Below, in pieces: positions 10,220 to 19,531 of a stretch of 64,000 nt of DNA (position 1 is its first letter; every line of letters starts with the position of its first letter). Origin of the DNA: Candidatus Latescibacterota bacterium (lineage in GTDB: Bacteria; Latescibacterota; UBA2968; GCA-2709665); the NCBI GenBank assembly GCA_965116875.1, contig OZ220733.1, positions 1,216,001 through 1,280,000 of the forward strand, given 5' to 3'. Under the pieces are notes generated by a model. That model was not told where the DNA came from and searched no databases. It was given only the letters and a program-made list of their open reading frames with translations. Both the position numbers and the translations under genes were made by a program.

Positions 10220-11116
10220 ATGCAACGCGCGTACGATCTGACATTGGAAGTTCTGGATTCAGACGACATCTTTCACGTGCCCGACCGGAAAAGCCGGAAG
10301 AAGTGGGACGGCCCCTGGTGGCATATGGCCGCATTGTACGAGATGGGGGAATCCGGACGTATCCCGGAGTTGGCTGTCGCCAAGGCGCTGAAACTGCTCA
10401 GAGACGGCGCCTGGCCCAGGTTTGTTGTCGATCCGGCTGATGCACCGCAATCGGACTCCGATCGGGCGAAAATGGACTGCTGCCACTGTGAATTGGGCGT
10501 ATTTTACATGATACTTGCGTCGTGCGGCTGCGACGTGGATGCCGAACTGCCCTGGATTCGGGACTGGTTCACCGGACACCAGTTGCCCGACGGCGGCCTG
10601 AACTGCTCGCCGGCTGCCTATCGCGGGTCCGAAAAAAGCTCCATCGTATCCACGCTGCCTCCGCTGGAATCCGTTCTGTTCTTCACGAATCGAAAATACA
10701 CCGATGCCGAAAAGAGATTCCTGGACGAGGGCGCCCGCTATCTCATCGAACATCGACTGGTCTGCTCGAAGAAAGACGGCCGCGTTGTCAACCGCGAGTG
10801 GCTGAAGCCGCTGTTTCCCCGCTTTTTCGAATACGACATCCTGCGGGGGATGTACTTCCTGGCCGAATGGTCCCGAAGGACCGGGGGCGCACTTCCCGTA
10901 GACGTGATCGAAGATGGTCTTGACCGGCTCCGTTCCCACATCGGCCCGGACGGGGTTACGATCGGAAGACGGGTGAGCGATCGCAGCGGAGGGTGGCAAG
11001 GCGCAACGTTCCCGCTGATGGATTCGGTGGGAACCGTCGGTACGGTATCGCCGTACCTGACGCGTCAACTGAACGCCGTGCTCCGGGCCGTTCGCAAGAA
11101 GGGTATCCATAAGTAA
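10220..11116 (+). CDS. Prenyltransferase/squalene-cyclase repeat (alpha/alpha) hypothetical protein
   Basis: SD AGGAG; QW-like motif HQLPDGGLNC; KWDGPWW and FPRFFEYDILRG blocks. Confidence 0.6.
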   Translation: MQRAYDLTLEVLDSDDIFHVPDRKSRKKWDGPWWHMAALYEMGESGRIPELAVAKALKLLRDGAWPRFVVDPADAPQSDSDRAKMDCCHCELGVFYMILASCGCDVDAELPWIRDWFTGHQLPDGGLNCSPAAYRGSEKSSIVSTLPPLESVLFFTNRKYTDAEKRFLDEGARYLIEHRLVCSKKDGRVVNREWLKPLFPRFFEYDILRGMYFLAEWSRRTGGALPVDVIEDGLDRLRSHIGPDGVTIGRRVSDRSGGWQGATFPLMDSVGTVGTVSPYLTRQLNAVLRAVRKKGIHK

Positions 11117-11122
11117 TAATCC

Positions 11123-11223
11123 GGGCAACCACAAGGGTTGCCCCTACGAAAACATATTTGGCGCGCCTCACGGTGAGATATAACGGTTATTCGGTTGTTG
11201 TAGGGGCGACCGGCCGGTCGCCC
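11123..11223. repeat. Pair of GTAG-family REP palindromes in opposite orientation
   Basis: GGGCAACCACAAGGGTTGCCCCTAC (11123-11147) and GTAGGGGCGACCGGCCGGTCGCCC (11200-11223): GTAG foot plus GC hairpin. Confidence 0.7.
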
Positions 11224-11271
11224 GGACCACAGATCCCAAAAGCCGAAACTGAGACTGGAAAGGTGCATTCC

Positions 11272-11628
11272 ATGTTAGCAACGCGGTACATCTACTTCAC
11301 GGATAACGTCGAACGGATGGTTTCATTCTACCGCGACGTGATGCGAATGACCGTTCTGATGCCGCCCGATGCAAAGGATCACGATCCCGAAAGCTGGGTC
11401 AGGTTGTCCAGCGGTGGCGTGGAGGTAGCCATCCATCGTGCCGGAAAACCCGGTTGCGCAGGGCGGAATCGCAACAAGCTCGTCTTTATCGCAGGTGACG
11501 TCGGCGCGGCGCGCGAAGAACTCAGGAAAGCGGGAGTTCACATGGGAAAGCACCACTTCTACGCCAATTCCGAATGCTGTGACTTCAGCGATCCTGACGG
11601 AAATAAGCTGCAGATATCGAGTCGGTGA
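11272..11628 (+). CDS. VOC/glyoxalase family protein
   Basis: YFTDNVERMVSFYRDV N-terminus and FSDPDGNKLQI C-terminus. Confidence 0.8.
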   Translation: MLATRYIYFTDNVERMVSFYRDVMRMTVLMPPDAKDHDPESWVRLSSGGVEVAIHRAGKPGCAGRNRNKLVFIAGDVGAAREELRKAGVHMGKHHFYANSECCDFSDPDGNKLQISSR

Positions 11629-11665
11629 TACCAGTCATCCGGATTACATCGACAGGGAGAATCCC

Positions 11666-12082
11666 ATGGAAGTTCGTGAAGTCGTTCCGTTTTTCGCGGT
11701 GAAGGACATGCGGAAATCACTGGCGTTCTACGTCGACGGACTCGGTTTCAAAATGGAGGGAAAGTGGGTGGACGAAGGCGCGGTCAGATGGTGCATATTG
11801 CGCATCGGCAAGGCGGCGGTAATGCTCCAGGAATTCAGGACCGAGGGCCACGATTCGCGGCAGTTCAGCGAGAACAAAGGCGAAGGCGTGTCGCTTTTCT
11901 TTTTCTGCGATGATGCCGTCGGGTATTATAAGGAGATCAAGTCTCGCGGCGTGGACGCCTCTGAACCGCAGGTCGGCAACAGAATGTGGGTTACGTCCGT
12001 TTCAGACCCCGACGGGTACCACCTGTCCTTCGAAAGCGCCACGGACGTGCCCGAGGAGACGAAATTATCTGAGTTGGGATGA
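11666..12082 (+). CDS. VOC/bleomycin-resistance family protein
   Basis: SD GGGAG; PFFAVKDMRKSLAFYVDGLGF ... SDPDGYHLSF. Confidence 0.85.
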   Translation: MEVREVVPFFAVKDMRKSLAFYVDGLGFKMEGKWVDEGAVRWCILRIGKAAVMLQEFRTEGHDSRQFSENKGEGVSLFFFCDDAVGYYKEIKSRGVDASEPQVGNRMWVTSVSDPDGYHLSFESATDVPEETKLSELG

Positions 12083-12163
12083 CGGCGAGGGGCTTCCGAT
12101 GGAATACAGGATCCGAAGTCGTTGCGGATAGAAGGAGAACCGTATGAAAAGCGCGAGTGCCGG

Positions 12164-13402
12164 ATGACCGACGCGGAACTCGAAGCGAAGGCGAACCGGA
12201 TCCAGGACGTCGTGGAGGACCACCTGGTTCAGGACCACGGCATGCTGCCCATGCTGGTGCGCGCATGCGATTACCGGTTGCCGTCAGCCGACGACTACCG
12301 CGGGGCGTACCGCCACAGGCACCTTCAGGGAAAGACGGAGGCCGAGATCGGGATGCCGCCGATGCACGTCTGGCGGGCCTGGGAGAATACCCCCACGGAC
12401 ACGGCCTGGTATCTCGGCGCCATGAGTTACCGGTACCGGTGTGACGGCGACCCCGGGGTCCTGGCAATCTGCCGGAGGACGTTCGGGGCCCTCAGGTATA
12501 TCCATGGTCTCGGGGTGGAGAAGAGCGAGCGGGGATACATGTGCAAGCCCTATGGCGGCGTGTACAGCAACCAGTCGTCCGGCGACCAGGTACAGTGCGT
12601 CCTGGTCGGGCTGGCCGCGTACCGGCCGATTGCGCCGCCCGACGATCTCGCCGCCATCGACGAAATCCTCGTCGACATGGCCGAGTTCGACATCAAGTGG
12701 AATTATGTCTCGCCGCACGGATACTTTGGATACACGCATGAGTCGCTTGTGGAATCCATTCTGGGCGAGAACTGGATCAATGCCACGTGGTCCTATGCCA
12801 TCATCCACACGCCGCTGCTCTACCTGGCCTGGCGGGCCACCGGAGATCCGAAATATCTCGAAGAGATCAACAAATGGTACGATGCCTGTGACAGGAGCGT
12901 CCGGTTCGAGCGCCCCGCGGGAAGGCTGACCGGCGGAATCGGCTGGCGCGCGCTGTACCTGCCGGCACTGCTGATGGGGTTCGACCCGGGAAACCACGAA
13001 CTGTGGCGAAGCCTGATGCTGCAGAACTACGATATGGTTCGATCCGGCATATTGCCCAACGGGACGCAGGCTTACCGGTGGACCTACGACGTGGAAAGCG
13101 GCGAACGGGAAATCCTCCCGGCCGCATTGTGGGGAGCGGGCCCGGCCACAACCGGCAGGTCGGGCATCTTTGCCAGGGCCTGCGTTGCGGCGCAACCCTG
13201 GTTCCCGGATGAGGCGATGGCGTCCACCGCAAGGCATATTCTGGAAAACCTTGAGATGGTGACCTTTCGGTTTATCATGCCATTGGAAGATGGCCAGGCT
13301 GTACCGCCGGAGTGGGTGGTGGAGACCCGGCTGCTGGATATGGACAGCCTGACCGGATGGCTGTGGGGATACTGGGAGGGCCGGTGGCGCGGTTACTGGT
13401 AA
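12164..13402 (+). CDS. Hypothetical protein, possibly an alpha/alpha-toroid (glycosidase-like); start ambiguous
   Basis: Long co-oriented ORF rich in W/Y; WENTPTDTAWYLGAM and SSGDQ blocks; the best SD precedes ATG 12144, which is out of frame by 1 nt. Confidence 0.65.
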   Translation: MTDAELEAKANRIQDVVEDHLVQDHGMLPMLVRACDYRLPSADDYRGAYRHRHLQGKTEAEIGMPPMHVWRAWENTPTDTAWYLGAMSYRYRCDGDPGVLAICRRTFGALRYIHGLGVEKSERGYMCKPYGGVYSNQSSGDQVQCVLVGLAAYRPIAPPDDLAAIDEILVDMAEFDIKWNYVSPHGYFGYTHESLVESILGENWINATWSYAIIHTPLLYLAWRATGDPKYLEEINKWYDACDRSVRFERPAGRLTGGIGWRALYLPALLMGFDPGNHELWRSLMLQNYDMVRSGILPNGTQAYRWTYDVESGEREILPAALWGAGPATTGRSGIFARACVAAQPWFPDEAMASTARHILENLEMVTFRFIMPLEDGQAVPPEWVVETRLLDMDSLTGWLWGYWEGRWRGYW

Positions 13403-13520
13403 GCGAAATGGAGATCGGGCCATTTCGCCGTCTCGAACACGGCCAATCCGTAAAATGAGTTTGGTCACCGGACAGCCTGCAGGAGCAAGTTAGATACCGA
13501 TACCTAAACGGGAGGATCCA

Positions 13521-15623
13521 ATGAAAAAGCGGAAAATACAGCGGATCGCGTTCCTGCAGGACTATGCGAACCGGCCGGAGTCGCTTGTGGACGAGATTCC
13601 CGAGGTGGCCGGTCTGGGATACCACGAGGTTACCGTGTCGGCCGTTATCGGCCACGAAGCAGCCGTAGAGGAGGTGGCCGGGAAAGCGGCGGAATACGGC
13701 CTCGAGGTCTCCACGTTTACCGGATTCATGAAATACGCTTACCAGCACCTGGCCGAGCACCCTGAACAAAAGGCCGTGTTCAGCAAGGATGCGGACCACG
13801 AGGAACTGGGCAACCTGCCGGCTGTCTGGGGCTGTCCGTATAACAGGGTGTTTCAGAAAAGGTACATGGATTTTCTGGAAAGGCTGGGCGGGATTCCGAA
13901 CCTCACGGAAGTCTGGGTGAACGACGAAGCGTATTTCGGACGGGACATGGATCTGCTGGCCTGTTACTGCCGGACCTGCCAGGCAGACTGGGACGCGGAA
14001 TTCGGCGGAGGGATTCCCATGCCGCCGTTCACGGACCTGGACGAAAAAACGCGCCTGGTCACCTGGCGTTTCAGGCGTTGGAATGACGTGCACGGAAAAA
14101 TGAAGACAGTCCTGAACCGGCATCACCGGGTCCGCGCGGTGTTTCAGAGCGGCCCGCATCCCTTCTGGGACATCAATCCCTGGGTATGCGGTATGGACAT
14201 CGACGGCATGGTCGAAGCCATTGACGGCCTCGCCGTGGATGCTTACTACACCTGCGTGTTGCCGGCCGTGGGCAGCGGGCTGTTTACGCCTCCCGAGATC
14301 TTCCTGAGCGAGTGCTGCCGTTTCCTTCAGGGCTTTACGCTGGGTGAAGAAAAGGTGAGCGTGATGCTGGGGCAGGGCATGTCGCACCCGGAATTCCACC
14401 GGCCGCTGGACGAACGGGACGGATGGTGGCAGGCCGTGGTCCCGCCGGCCCTCGGCGTGGATCGCGTAACGGCCTACACGTACCGGCTCCAGCGGGTGTC
14501 GCCGATGCACCGGACCTTCCAGGAGGCGTTTCGTCTGGACCCGTATTACGAACGCACCGAGCCCGTGGTGTCCGTAGCCGTGGTGGACAGCCTGGAAACG
14601 CAGTGCTGCGACGAGTCGCTGCCCGCGCGGGGCCGTGAGAACTGGCGCATGAATCGAATGTTCTCCGTGGGACAGATGGCCGCGCACAACGGTCTTTCCC
14701 ACGGATATCTGCCTTCGTCGAAGCTGGTTCCCGAGTACCTCGGTCGATATCCGGTTGTGGTGCTGCCCAATGCCTCTTGCCTTTCCTCCCGCCAGAGAGA
14801 TGAACTCCTGACATACGTACACTGCGGCGGCACCCTGGTGGCGATGGGAGAGACGGCTACGAGAGACGAAGCGGGACGCCCGTCAGACGGATTGTTTCTC
14901 AGCGAGGCATTCGGGATTTCGTCGTGTACGCCCGAAGGGGGTTCCCGCATCTTCCAACCTGCCAGCGACCACGACGCGTTCGAGGGGCTCCCGTGGCCGG
15001 ATGAAAGAACCGCGTGGGACCCCTGGAAGGGCAGGAACCGCCCGGTTCTCGGTCTGGATCTCGCGGTAGAGGTGGAAACGGAGGGCGACGCGGACGTGCT
15101 GGCGGTGTTCGAGGAAGAGGGATCCGCGACGTCTCACCCGGCTTTGACGTTGAAACGCGTGGGCAAGGGCAATGGCGTCTTCGTGGCGGGCATTCCGTCC
15201 CGGTGGATGGATCTCAGGCCAACGGGCACCACTGTCCTCAGCTTTTCCCGCCAGGTGGTGGCGCAGTTGATCCTGTCGCTCGTGGGAGACCGGCTGCCTG
15301 TGGTCGTAAAGGGCTTCCCGCCGAGGGTGCCGCTGCAGGAAGTCAGACCGCTGGACATCCGCTGGAAGCCGACCATGGAGATCATGCCCTCCGTGGGCGA
15401 GGACCTGATCCTGGTGACGGTGCCGTCGTACTTCAGGGAACCCGGCGCATTCCGGATCGAAGCCAGGCTGCCCGAGGGCAGGCGTTGCGCCGGGGTTCGC
15501 GAACTGGTGTCGGATCAGCCGCTGGTAGACGTCAGACAGGACGGACGGGCGGTGGAAATCGACGTCAAGCTGACCACCGAGGACTTCCTGAAGGTGTACG
15601 CCTTCTCCCTCGCGCCGGTGTGA
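13521..15623 (+). CDS. GH42-like TIM-barrel + trimerisation (GATase-like) domain protein
   Basis: SD GGGAGG; NDEA...CYCRTC metal cluster; WRFRRW helix; YPVVVLPNASCLS...YVHCGGTLVA trimerisation motif; paralog of 21824-23845. Confidence 0.75.
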   Translation: MKKRKIQRIAFLQDYANRPESLVDEIPEVAGLGYHEVTVSAVIGHEAAVEEVAGKAAEYGLEVSTFTGFMKYAYQHLAEHPEQKAVFSKDADHEELGNLPAVWGCPYNRVFQKRYMDFLERLGGIPNLTEVWVNDEAYFGRDMDLLACYCRTCQADWDAEFGGGIPMPPFTDLDEKTRLVTWRFRRWNDVHGKMKTVLNRHHRVRAVFQSGPHPFWDINPWVCGMDIDGMVEAIDGLAVDAYYTCVLPAVGSGLFTPPEIFLSECCRFLQGFTLGEEKVSVMLGQGMSHPEFHRPLDERDGWWQAVVPPALGVDRVTAYTYRLQRVSPMHRTFQEAFRLDPYYERTEPVVSVAVVDSLETQCCDESLPARGRENWRMNRMFSVGQMAAHNGLSHGYLPSSKLVPEYLGRYPVVVLPNASCLSSRQRDELLTYVHCGGTLVAMGETATRDEAGRPSDGLFLSEAFGISSCTPEGGSRIFQPASDHDAFEGLPWPDERTAWDPWKGRNRPVLGLDLAVEVETEGDADVLAVFEEEGSATSHPALTLKRVGKGNGVFVAGIPSRWMDLRPTGTTVLSFSRQVVAQLILSLVGDRLPVVVKGFPPRVPLQEVRPLDIRWKPTMEIMPSVGEDLILVTVPSYFREPGAFRIEARLPEGRRCAGVRELVSDQPLVDVRQDGRAVEIDVKLTTEDFLKVYAFSLAPV

Positions 15624-15674
15624 TCGGAAGACCGCGGCGTCGGTTATGGCCTGTGCGGGGGTTCCAGACGGAAA

Positions 15675-16109
15675 TCAGGCACGATTGATCCGCGACCTGA
15701 TACAGGCATCCACACCGTACTTTCCCGAACCCACCAGCAGGAACATCACCGAGATGGACAGGTAAAGCAGCGCCATCTCCTTTACGCCGAACGGATCGGC
15801 CGCGTGAACGCCGAACGCGGCCACCAGCATCGTGAAACCCATCAAAGCCGTGCCGGGCCGCGTCAACAGTCCCAGCGCCAGCATCAACCCGCCCCCGAAC
15901 TCCCCGAACGCGGCCGCCCAGGCGAAAAACTCGGGCAGGGGAAATCCAAGCTTGGCCGTGCCGGCCACCAATCCGCTGGACGGCGGGATCTTCCCGATGC
16001 CGTGTCCGAATGCCATGCTCAACCCGGCAATCACCCGCAGAATCGCCAATCCCAGATTTGCCTTGTCGGAATCGATCTCCGCACCACCGAACAGAAGTTC
16101 CCTGTACAT
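15675..16109 (-). CDS. DoxX family membrane protein
   Basis: LRVIAGLSMAFGHGIGKI, EFGGGLMLALGLLTR, GSGKYGVD; SD GGAG before ATG 16109. Confidence 0.9.
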   Translation of the reverse strand: MYRELLFGGAEIDSDKANLGLAILRVIAGLSMAFGHGIGKIPPSSGLVAGTAKLGFPLPEFFAWAAAFGEFGGGLMLALGLLTRPGTALMGFTMLVAAFGVHAADPFGVKEMALLYLSISVMFLLVGSGKYGVDACIRSRINRA

Positions 16110-16237
16110 GCGTAGTCTCCCAGTTGTCGAATGGATCAATGCGTGAGCTTGCTAATTCCTTACGTTGATCTGAAGATCCGGGCCACAGCGACAATTACAT
16201 CTCAAATGCCGGGCCCTACGGATTTCAAAGTCACTAC

Positions 16238-16984
16238 CTACTCGACGAGTGGGTCGAAATCTTCGCCCGTCATGGGTTCGTGCTTATTCCAACGTCCACT
16301 CATCTCGACCAGAACCCGCTGCTTCGACGGCGCAGGAAGCGGATTCACGCGAACCACCTTTGCGCAATAATTCCCCGGCGACTCTGCCATCGCCTTAACC
16401 AGATCCTCCACGAGATAACGAGGGGCCCACCCGATCATGTGGTAATCCTCAGTCTGGATCTGGACTGCGAAACCGGTTTCCGGATTCGTCAACTCAAGCG
16501 TAATGTAAAGCTGGTCGCCGTCTTCAAGGCGCTCGATCCGTTTCCGTGCGGCTTCATTGACATGCCGCCAGCCGTGCAGAAAGAACCTGCAGACAAAACT
16601 CCCGTCTTCGTCCTTTTCGAGTTTAGGAAAGACTTCGTAGGCATCTGTCACGCGGGAGCCACCGCTTGCCGACAGAATCTCAATAGGATCGGCACCCTCA
16701 CCCAGGTCGAGATAACTGAGATAATCGGCCAGATCCGGTCGCGCGCGGTTAATAACCCGATTTTGAAAGAGTGGAAAGAGTCGCGGCGAATCGTACCTTT
16801 GGTCCAGGTTTGGAAACTCGAGTAGCTCCGGAAACCCTGCCTCTGCCTGTGCCCGTTTCGCCCCTCTGATGTAACGGAAACGATACAACGGCCGATTGAC
16901 GTCAGCATCCAGTCGGCCCACCGGGAACCACTGTCCGCTCCTTCCTTTGTCGCGCCACGCCAGGTATAAAGTTCTACTGTCCAT
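16238..16984 (-). CDS. HIRAN-domain protein of the type usually paired with a HipA-like kinase
   Basis: LYLAW...WFPVGRL...YRFRY, LFPLFQNRV...RPD, TDAYEVFP, FFLHGWRH, ELTNP, IGWAPRYL. Confidence 0.75.
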   Translation of the reverse strand: MDSRTLYLAWRDKGRSGQWFPVGRLDADVNRPLYRFRYIRGAKRAQAEAGFPELLEFPNLDQRYDSPRLFPLFQNRVINRARPDLADYLSYLDLGEGADPIEILSASGGSRVTDAYEVFPKLEKDEDGSFVCRFFLHGWRHVNEAARKRIERLEDGDQLYITLELTNPETGFAVQIQTEDYHMIGWAPRYLVEDLVKAMAESPGNYCAKVVRVNPLPAPSKQRVLVEMSGRWNKHEPMTGEDFDPLVE

Positions 16985-17330
16985 CGTCTTAATACTGACC
17001 TGAAAGAGACGCAATGTTGTTCGGCATCAGCGAATCGTCGAATTCTGTGGCTGGATGTAACAATCAATCCTCGGAAATCAGGCCATTGGTCAGGTGTATG
17101 TCTCATGTGTTCAAGTGCGCAGGTGCAGAATCTGTACTCCGCCTCGTTGTCAATCGTGTTGCCCTTTGGTCGCTATAAGGTTACCTTACGCATACTAAAA
17201 TCCCACAGACGCAACCCGGTACCAACGGGTTCAATGACGCCCTGGCCCCTACTCCCTCCCGCAATAGCAGAACCCTCGACCGCGAACGATTCGCCGCACT
17301 GCCAGGCAACCCGTGGAGATTCCGCTCCAC

Positions 17331-17358
17331 TTTACGTCACCGTCGTTCCAAGTATAGT
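17331..17358 (+). promoter_or_regulatory. Putative promoter of the dehydratase/PhyH/DUF6785 locus
   Basis: TTTACG-N16-TATAGT, about 100 nt upstream of ATG 17459. Confidence 0.35.
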
Positions 17359-17458
17359 ACAATTCGGTCCGAAATGCAAGATCGGCCAAATCCCTTGGGT
17401 TTGCAGGCCGCCTTCAGCATCTAACAAGCTATCGTCGGCATCTTGAGGAGATGAACAT

Positions 17459-18619
17459 ATGAAGATAACCGATGTGAAAGTCCTGCCGATCGACCGGTAT
17501 CTCTTTGTGGAGGTCCATACGGACGAGGGGATTGTGGGGCTGGGCGAATCGGGCGCATGGGGATACCTGGAGGCCTCCGGCGAGGTGGTGAAGAGCTTCC
17601 GGGAATATCTGATCGGGAAGGACCCCCTGCGCATCGAACACCACTGGCAGGTCCTGTACCGGTGTACACACTTTCGCGGCGCTGCGATCATGGGCGCCCT
17701 GAGCGCTGTGGACATCGCCCTCTGGGATATCGCGGGCAAGTTCTTCGGGGTGCCGGTCTACCAGCTTCTGGGCGGCAAGTGCCGGGACAAGGCCCGGGTT
17801 TACGGCCACGTGATCGGGAGAACCAAGGAGGAGCTTCTGAAGGGCTGCGTGCAGGCAAGGGCGGAGGGATTTACCGCCGTGGGGCACCTGACACCCTTTC
17901 TGGACGAATCCCGAAACGTACCCTACTACAAGACACACACGGACAAGATCCAGGATGCGGTTCAGACCGTGGCGGCGTACCGTGAGGCGGTTGGCGACGA
18001 CGTGGACCTGTGCATTGAGATCCACCGGCGGCTGGACCCGGCCGAGGCGATCGTGCTGGGACGGGCGATCGAACCCTATCGCCCGTTCTTCTACGAGGAC
18101 CCGATCCGCCCGGACAACCTGGACGCCATGGCCGAAGTCGCGCGGAAGATCGCGATCCCCATCGCCACGGGGGAACGAATCCACACCATCTACGAGTTCG
18201 AAATGCTCCTGACGCGCAACGCGGTCCAGTATGTAAGGCCGGACGTCTGCATGGCCGGCGGCATCACCCATTGCAAGAAGATCGCGGCCCTCGCCGAAGC
18301 GCATTACGTGGACGTGGTCCCGCACAACCCGCTCAGTCCGGTGAGCACGGCCGCGTGCGTTCAGCTTGCCGCCTGCATTCCCAATTTCGCGTTGCAGGAG
18401 TACCCGAGGGGCGAAGGCGAACCGCCGAAGAGCGAGATTGTGTCCGGCGTTCTCACGCTGGAGGATGGATTCCTGATCATTCCGGATACCCCCGGTATCG
18501 GCGTGGAGCTCGCGGAAGGCGTCTCGGAGAAATACCCGTTTCTTTCACACCGGCCGTTGCTGGACGAGGGCATGATGGTCACCAGATTGCACGTCGACGG
18601 GTCGGTCGTCGACCAGTAG
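17459..18619 (+). CDS. Mandelate racemase/enolase-superfamily acid-sugar dehydratase (galactonate dehydratase DgoD-like)
   Basis: VHTDEGIVGLGE, AVDIALWDIAGK, EIHRR, FYEDP, IATGER, PHNPLSP; SD GAGGAG. Confidence 0.88.
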   Translation: MKITDVKVLPIDRYLFVEVHTDEGIVGLGESGAWGYLEASGEVVKSFREYLIGKDPLRIEHHWQVLYRCTHFRGAAIMGALSAVDIALWDIAGKFFGVPVYQLLGGKCRDKARVYGHVIGRTKEELLKGCVQARAEGFTAVGHLTPFLDESRNVPYYKTHTDKIQDAVQTVAAYREAVGDDVDLCIEIHRRLDPAEAIVLGRAIEPYRPFFYEDPIRPDNLDAMAEVARKIAIPIATGERIHTIYEFEMLLTRNAVQYVRPDVCMAGGITHCKKIAALAEAHYVDVVPHNPLSPVSTAACVQLAACIPNFALQEYPRGEGEPPKSEIVSGVLTLEDGFLIIPDTPGIGVELAEGVSEKYPFLSHRPLLDEGMMVTRLHVDGSVVDQ

Positions 18620-18700
18620 GGAAACACCCAAACGAGCGATCGCAGAACCGGTAACATCCCATCCCCACCGCCTGATACCCGAATCAGAGGAGGACTCGCC

Positions 18701-19495
18701 ATGCTTATGGGGATCACTGACGAACAGTGGGCCCGGTTCGAAGACGAAGGGTTTCTTCGGCTTGGAAAGGTGATGAACGACGACGAACTGGCGGGCCTTC
18801 AGCAGCGCATCGACGACATCATGCTGGGCAGGGTGAAGGTCCACGATCAAATGTTCATGCAACTGGACAGCGAGTCCGGGGACTACGCGGAGAAGCGGAT
18901 CACCACGAGAGGTCACCGGATTTCGTCGTTGAACTATCGAAAGATCCAGGACCTGGAGTTCGACCCGCTGTTCCTTTCCTACGTGCAGAAACCCGTCTTC
19001 CGCGAGATCTGCGCGAGAGCGTACGGTCCGGACACCCCGATATCCTGCTATCGTGCCATGTTTATGAACAAGCCGGCCGGGAAGGGTACGAATCTTCCCT
19101 GGCATCAGGACCGGTTCAGCATCCTCGATAAGGATCCAATCGTGACCGTTTGGACGGCGCTCGACCGGGTGACGGTCGAGAACGGCTGCGTGGGAATTGT
19201 GCCGCGATCGCATCGTGCGACGTTTGATCAGGATGCGTCGGCCAGCTTCGCTTTCCTGACCGACGACCAGGCCGCCGTCGTTCTGGCACGGGAGAAGCAC
19301 GAATACCTGGAGATGGAGGCGGGGGAAGCGGCCATGCTGCACAACTGGCTGCTCCACGGCTCCGGCGTGAATCAGACCGACGCTTCCCGGCGCGGATTCA
19401 GCGTCTGCTACATGGACGCCGCCACCCAATCCGAGACGGGAGCGAACTTCCAGGTCATTTTCGGTGAGGGGGCCCTGACTCCCGGGGCGCTGTAA
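18701..19495 (+). CDS. Phytanoyl-CoA dioxygenase (PhyH) family Fe(II)/2OG dioxygenase
   Basis: FEDEGFL, WHQD, ENGC...PRSH, LHGSGVN..RR. Confidence 0.9.
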   Translation: MLMGITDEQWARFEDEGFLRLGKVMNDDELAGLQQRIDDIMLGRVKVHDQMFMQLDSESGDYAEKRITTRGHRISSLNYRKIQDLEFDPLFLSYVQKPVFREICARAYGPDTPISCYRAMFMNKPAGKGTNLPWHQDRFSILDKDPIVTVWTALDRVTVENGCVGIVPRSHRATFDQDASASFAFLTDDQAAVVLAREKHEYLEMEAGEAAMLHNWLLHGSGVNQTDASRRGFSVCYMDAATQSETGANFQVIFGEGALTPGAL

Positions 19496-19531
19496 ACGAC
19501 AACGCCGATTCTTCCATACAGGGATTCACCC

